Origin: Octopus vulgaris
Taxonomy: Eukaryota
DNA length: 64,000 nucleotides
Direction: 5' to 3'
Assembly (NCBI GenBank): GCA_951406725.2
Contig: OX597835.1
Coordinates: 35,774,001-35,838,000, forward strand
This document shows, piece after piece, positions 57,354 through 64,000 of the stretch (positions within the stretch are counted from its first letter, which is position 1; each line of letters opens with the position of its first letter). Position numbers and translations under genes: made by a program. Below the pieces are notes generated by a model. It was not told the DNA's origin. It saw nothing but the letters and a program-made list of their open reading frames with translations, and did not search any database.

Positions 57354-57510
57354 GAGTGGCTGTCAGGTAAGTAGCTTACTTACCAACCACACGGTTCTGG
57401 GTTCAGTCCGACTGCCAGACAACTTGGGTAAGTATCTTCTACTATAGCCACGGGTCGACTAAATCCTTGTGAGTGGATTTGGAAGACGGAAACTGAAAGA
57501 ATCCCGTGGT
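57354..57510 (+). mobile_element. Family 1 SINE, 5' half
   Basis: GAGTGGCTGT...AAGTAGCTTACTTACCAACCAC...GGAAACTGAAAGAA. Confidence 0.8.
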
Positions 57511-57511
57511 A

Positions 57512-57574
<63 letters not shown>

Positions 57575-57813
57575 ATGTATGTATATATATATATGTGTGT
57601 GTATGTATGTATATATATATTTATAGAGTTATATCGATTTCAATTCGGAGGCGAGGCGAGGCGAAATACCGATGCTTGCCGTTCTCGTCCACTTCGTTTC
57701 GTTTACATCTAAACTATACCGTGGTCTTTAACACTATACGTCTTTAAAGGGATCTTTACCAGAAGAAAAGCCCGCTACACCTAGCTTTTCACAACACATA
57801 TACATTAGTTATG

Positions 57814-57853
<40 letters not shown>

Positions 57854-58630
57854 GCATACATATATAGATGAAAGAACAACAACGAACGTATTTTAGTTTG
57901 ACACTCAGGAAAAGTCGAAAAGTCTTTGACATATCGAACCTTCGTTCCTCGACAGAAAGGAAAGATTAAAGGAAACAGAGAGAGAGAGAGATAGAGAGAG
58001 AGAGGGAGGGTGAGAGAGAGAAATGGAAGAGAGGAAAATCATGTCTAAATGAAGGGTTTCACATTTCTAGTAATATGTAATTGTATACATAAAAAATTTC
58101 GTCTAATGATGTAATTTAATAGGGACGGTCGTGGCCAAAATTTCGGAACATTTAAAAAAAAAATTTAAATTGTTATGACGTAGTACTATTCGATTGGCAG
58201 TTCAATGATCGAAGAATCAATGAAATCCTTAGCAAAAGATAATATTCGTTAGCAATGCTAATGTTGAAGCATCAAGGAAAATACAAGGGAAAAGATGATA
58301 GAAGCTCCGTCTTTGAAAATGGAACTAGTAGCTTCTAAAATCTTTTACCATCAATTTTCCTTGATGCCTCAGCAATGAAGCGAGTACAAACACACTCTCT
58401 CTACACACGCACATACACACATACACACACACACATGCACTCGTGCGCACACGCATACGTGTAAGCTTGTTTATGTAGGGTCGTATTTAGGTAAGTGTAT
58501 TTTTATGTTCCATTACTTGGCTACATCTCTACTTTTATACTTATGTCTATGTCTATGTACGTATCTATGTGAACGAGTGTTGGTAACACATTTACATACA
58601 GAACTGTATAAGTATATCTACATACCTCTA

Positions 58631-58699
<69 letters not shown>

Positions 58700-58756
58700 T
58701 TCTGTCTATCTATCTATCTATAACTTACATATATTTCTGTGTATGTATATATATAT

Positions 58757-58826
<70 letters not shown>

Positions 58827-58949
58827 TACACCCACACACATGCGTACACAGATATATGTATGCTTTTGTATTGTATATACTCATGTGTATATACACGCAC
58901 ACACACACACACACATATATATATATGTATGTGTGTGTGTGCATATATA

Positions 58950-59011
<62 letters not shown>

Positions 59012-59214
59012 TATATATATGTGTGTGTGTGTGCGTGTGTGTGTGTTCCTATGCGTGTTAAGTGTGCGTTTTCCTGCTTATTCTAGAGATAGACGTGTGT
59101 ATGTGTATATATGATTAAATACCTATATGGAGATGTAACATCTAGTTAACTTCTCATCAATAACTAAATTATTAGCTTTATCCCTGCGTGAATCTATGCA
59201 TACACATTCACATA

Positions 59215-59265
<51 letters not shown>

Positions 59266-59528
59266 CCGTGCACATATACGTGAGTGTATGTACGCTTTTG
59301 CCAGTGTGCGCATGCGTATGCGTCTATCTGTTTGTCTGATGCTACTTTACACCACTTACATGCGCTGTGCGGTCATCAAGAAGCTTAATATAATAACGTC
59401 AGTTGTCAATACAGCTATTATATGCCGCCATTTTTCATTCTTTCTCTCTTGTCTTGTCTTCAGACCCCGCCAACCACCATCAACTTTCTTCTCACACGTA
59501 CGCAGTCCTTTGCACACTATGGCCATCA

Positions 59529-59781
59529 TTCTTCTTCTTCTTCTTCTTCTTTTTCTTCTTCTTCTTCTTCTTCTTCTTCTTCTTCTTCTTCTTCTTCTTC
59601 TTCTTCTTCTTCTTCATCATCATCTTCTTCTTCTTCTTCTTCTTCTGCATTTTCTTCTGCATTTTCTTCTTCTTCTTCTTCTTCTTCTTCTTCTTCTGCA
59701 TTTTCTTCTGCATTCTTCTTCTTCTTCTTCTTCTTCTTCTTCTTCTTCTTCTTCTTCTTCTTCATCATCATCTTCTTCTGC

Positions 59782-59823
<42 letters not shown>

Positions 59824-60223
59824 TTCTTCTTCTTCTTCTTCTTCTTCTTCTTCTTCTTCTGCATTTTCTTCTGCATTTTCTTCTTCTTCTTCTTCTTCTT
59901 CTTCTTCTTCTTCTTCTTCTTCTTCTTCTCCTTCTTCATCTTCTTCTTCTTCTTCCTCTTCTTCTTCTGCTTCATCGCCAACAATGCCATCGTCCTTTGT
60001 CCATCACCATCTTCGGCATCACCGTCTCGGACTTCCTCGCATCCTCGTCATCATCGTCAACATCGTTTTCATCATCACCACGACCACCACAACCACGACG
60101 ACGACGACGACGACCATCATCATCATCATCATGACATGTAAGGTTGTTGATGATGGCGATCACATTGATGCTTTCGATTATAAAAACGAAGATGCTATTG
60201 ATTATTATTATTATTATTATTAT

Positions 60224-60273
<50 letters not shown>

Positions 60274-60370
60274 ATAGTAGTAGTAATAGTAGTAGTAGTA
60301 GTAGTTGTAGTAGTAGTAGTTGTAGTAGTAGTAGCAGTAGTAATAGTAGTAGTATCATCATCATCGTCAT
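59529..60370. repeat. Compound triplet tract (TCT/TCA/ACG/ATT/AGT)n
   Basis: Direct reading; includes a repeated TCTGCATTTTCT sub-unit. Confidence 0.95.
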
Positions 60371-61389
60371 CATTATAATGATTATCCAGGGAAGCCCTCC
60401 CCCCTCCACCGCGTACATCTTCTATATTCACTCTGTGACCCTAAGTTACTACGACACGTTGCAACATCAACAACAACACCACCGCCAAAACAACAACAGT
60501 AACGACAATACAAGCGTGCGCAAAGATGATGTTCCTTCGAACGTCTTCATCACCACTACCACCGCCACAACCATGCACCACTATGCACCACTTCTACAAT
60601 CGCCATGACAACCACACCCCACCAACAGTCTCATCATTATCACCAGCATCATCATCACCATTGTCATCATTTTCAACGTCTTCCTCACTGATATCATGTT
60701 TTCTTCTCCTTCTTCTTCTTCCACTTTTCTTCTTCTTTTCCTTTTGTTGTCAGTGAACTCTTCTTCTTCTTCTTCTTCTTCTTCTTCTTCTTCTTCTTCT
60801 TCTTCTTCTTCTTCTTCTTCTTCTTCTACTTGTCCTTTTCGTCTTTCCTCCTCCTTCTCCTCCTCCCATTCTTCCTTCTCTTCCCATTCCCCTTCCTCCT
60901 CCCATCCCTCTCCGTCCTCCCCCTCCCATCCTCTCTTTCCTGTTCATCATCATCATCATCATTTTTTTCTTCTCTCACTTCTTGTTCCTTCTTTCCCTCA
61001 TCATGATCAACATCATGTTCAAAACATATAGAGTTGTGTCCAAAAGTTTTGAATATATGTCTGAATATTAGAATTTTCATATGAAGTGTTCAAAGGAAGC
61101 AATTTGGTCTAGAACTCTACTGAGCGATTGGACCAGCTATTAGTTAAGTATACATCTACATTGTATATATGGGAATCGAATTGCACTTAGGCATAACGAG
61201 TTTTAATTTTTATAAAATGTTCCAAACGTTTAGCCACAGCTCTATATTATACACATATAGTTGTCTGATTACTGTTCCTCTAAAGAATGTAGTCTTTATC
61301 AAAAACAATGGATTTACTCCGTCCTGAATCGGTTGCTCAAACAAAAAAGAAAACAGAATGCACTTGGATATAATGATGTCCACTTTTTC

Positions 61390-62015
61390 ACAGCCAATAT
61401 TCACCTCCTCTTTCATCTAACCGCGGTTTCTTAAGACTGTACTTCAGTTGAACCAGCACAAAGACGTCGAAAAGTGCCAGGTCGGGGTTGTATGGTCGGA
61501 AATCACAGACAGACCACTTGGACTTATTGACTTTTCTAAGTATTTTGAGTGTTTCAATGTTCGGGTAACTGTCCCCGATATAGCCATGTTCCAGAGAATC
61601 AAGAAAAATGACGACATTGTCATTCTTGAAAACCATCAGTCACCGTGGTTTTTAAATACTATTTGCCGGCTCATGTAGAAGTGTGACGCCGTTCCTTAGA
61701 CAGAGCCCTCATAAAAATATGGCCACTTTTCATTCCCTGCCAGCAGGTCGGATAACAACGTGTTCGCGTTGGCATTAAACGAATGCAGCAGATCAGATCA
61801 GAATTCTACGCTTCCCTTTTTCAAATCAAATGTCAACTAGTTTACATAAACTACCCTATACCCCGAATTTTATAGCATCTTTTATATTGCACTGCTGCGA
61901 CAATCGAATTCTACAGCGAGCTCACGGATTGGGACACGTTTGTCCGCGTGAATCAGTCTATTTGCTGGCAAATCGGGTCAGAAGTCAGAGTTAATGGTCT
62001 CCCATTGTGAGGTTT
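61390..62015 (-). pseudogene. Heavily decayed mariner transposase
   Basis: Minus strand gives KPHNGRPLTLT...LIHADKRVPIRELAV...GYRVVY (HTH/linker), then VIFLDSLEHG...ETLKILR and PYNPDLALFDVFVLVQLK (cf. YSPDLAPSDFxLF). Possible TIR remnant GAGTTGTGTCCAAAAGT near 61031. Confidence 0.75.
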
Positions 62016-62085
62016 GCATTCAATGATGCTTTTTATCTCTTAAAAATTCATTATCCAATTATGTACATTATTTTTGTCAAGATTA

Positions 62086-62302
62086 AGGCGGCAAGCTGGC
62101 AAAAACAACTTAGCACGACGAACAAAATGATTAGTGATATTTCTTCGGCTTTACATTCTCAGTTCAAATTCGAAGTCGACTTTGTATTTCATCCTTCGGA
62201 CTCAATAAAATAAGTATCAGTTGAGCTGTGGGAACGATGTAATCCACTTGTCCACCTCGCATCCAGATTTGTGACCTTGTGCCAAAATTAGAAAGAATTA
62301 TT
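62086..62302 (+). mobile_element. Degenerate family 4-related SINE
   Basis: AAGGCGGCAAGCTGGCA...TTTCATCCTTCGG...CTTGTGCCAAAATTAGAAAG. Confidence 0.75.
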
Positions 62303-62642
62303 CTCGTCATGAGTATCAACTCAATAAACGAACAGAAATATTCTGCGATATTGAATACCTTGAAACATTCCTTCGCGAAAAACTCAATGGCTGCAGGTAT
62401 CTTCTGCTTGGAAGCCATAATAAGGAAAGGAAGAAGAGTTACTATATAGAGACTTAATCTGACAAATGCGTAATTTGAACGACGTAATCCAGACAATAAA
62501 AAGTTATACCGACCTATTCATAACTTTCAGATAATAGTGCCAGGTATTATCGAATTTTGTTTTCAAATACGTGAAAATCAAATAGTATGGTTGAGGGAGG
62601 AATACATACTGTGAGATAGACACATTTTTATGTGTGTATATA

Positions 62643-63440
62643 CAGGTTGTCCCCAAAGTATCTATACACACTTTAGCAGCTGATAACTCTACTGATGTTT
62701 TTTTCCATACTAAACACATTGGAATTAATGATGGCAGTCGGACTAAGCTTTGAACAAAGAAAATCTATTCTAAAATGCTATTGGAAGTGTGAAAACGAAT
62801 TTGAAGAGCAAAGACAGTTTAGGAGGGAGTTTCAAACAGATCCACCAACGCGACTTACAAGTACTCGACTTAGAGACAAGTTTGAAGCCGACGGAACTGT
62901 TCAGAATGCCCAAGAGAAGCGTTCCGGAAGACCACCAGCATCGATAACCCACACAAAGCAAGAAGGAGTGCTGGAAACGTATCACCAAAGTCCAAGAAAT
63001 TCTGTGTGGCAAGCGAGTCGTGAGGTAAGTATTTCAAAATCGTCTGTCCAACGCATTTTGAAGCGTTGTCAATGGAAAAGTTACGTTCCGAGATTAGTCC
63101 GTACTATTAATGACGATGATCCAGACCAAAGAGTGCAGTATTGTGAGTGGTTCTTGGCACGATGGGTAGAAGATGCACACTTTCCAACAAAGACTGGAGT
63201 GATGAGGCCACATTCAAATTAAATGGTTCAATTAACCGCTACAATAGCACCTACTGGAGACCTGAGAATCCGCATGTTATGGTGGAACACCATGTTACTT
63301 TACCAGGAATTACAGTGTGGTGTGGATTATCATCAAGAGGATTAACTGTACCGTTCTGTTTTTCATGCTACTATGATTGGTCCCGTTTACTTGAACTTGC
63401 TGCAAACATTAGAAATTTAGAAGATGAGGAGTTTTATTTT
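62643..63440 (+). mobile_element. Tc1/mariner-superfamily transposon (rosa/DD41D- or maT-like), left end plus frameshifted, 3'-truncated transposase
   Basis: TA|CAGGTTGTCCCCAAAGT TIR-like start. ORF 62728-63190 carries an HTH (KFEADGTV...RSGRP...[24 protein letters not shown]) and [13 protein letters not shown]. After a frameshift it reads [27 protein letters not shown]...[14 protein letters not shown] and breaks at EFYF, just before the expected QQDGA. Confidence 0.88.
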
Positions 63441-63456
63441 CCTTTTCAACCTTCTA

Positions 63457-63517
<61 letters not shown>

Positions 63518-63519
63518 AA

Positions 63520-63550
<31 letters not shown>

Positions 63551-63569
63551 AATAAATATATCAACATAT

Positions 63570-63653
63570 GTAGTGGCAGTAGTAGCAGAAGCAGAAGCAG
63601 AAGCTGTAGTAGCAACAGTAGTAGAAGCAGTAGTAGCAGCAAAAGTAGCTCTT

Positions 63654-63731
<78 letters not shown>

Positions 63732-63995
63732 ACAGCAGCAGCAACAGCTCCAGTAATAGTCAAAGAAGATGAAGGAAATGGAGGACGAAAAGAAGAAGAA
63801 GAAGAAGAAGAAGAAGAGAAAAAAGAAGAAGAAAAAAGAAGACGAAGAAGAAAAAAAGAAAATGAAGAAGACGAAGAAGAAGGAGGAGGAGGAGAAGAAG
63901 AAGAAGAAGAAAAAAGAAAAAGAACAAGAAGTAGAAGGGGAAGAAGAAGAAGAAGAAGAAGAAGAAGAAGAAAATGAAGAAGAAAACGAAGAAGG
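63570..63995. repeat. (GTA)n/(GCA)n/(GAA)n triplet tract
   Basis: Direct reading. Confidence 0.95.
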
Positions 63996-64000
63996 TCAAG

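Noticed and set aside
58125-58150. CGGTCGTGGCCAAAATTT as a Tc1-like TIR
   Set aside because: No partner TIR, TA target or transposase remnant seen

Overview
This is AT-rich, microsatellite-saturated eukaryotic non-coding DNA with no supportable intact host gene. Almost every ORF in the track is a translation of (TA)n, (CA)n, (TACA)n, (GATA)n or triplet repeats. The recurring tRNA-derived SINE families and repeat style point to an octopus (cephalopod) genome; this is inference from recall, not a database hit. Recognisable elements are dozens of SINE copies from about 4 families, two decayed mariner transposases, a 3'-truncated rosa/DD41D-like Tc1/mariner with its left TIR, a non-autonomous Helitron, a hAT MITE and an RTE-type RT fragment. 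The main hidden signal is about a dozen sequence-diverse type I hammerhead ribozyme folds (CTGANGA-stem II-GAAAC-palindromic mini stem III-GTH). Most sit in short AT-rich units next to (TA)n tracts, and several have an inverted (fold-back) copy. This is the architecture expected of Penelope-like element (PLE) pseudo-LTRs or non-autonomous ribozyme-bearing retroelements. Several large palindromes are also present (1.56 kb and a perfect 140-bp-arm one), some possibly assembly artefacts. All folds and alignments were done by eye.
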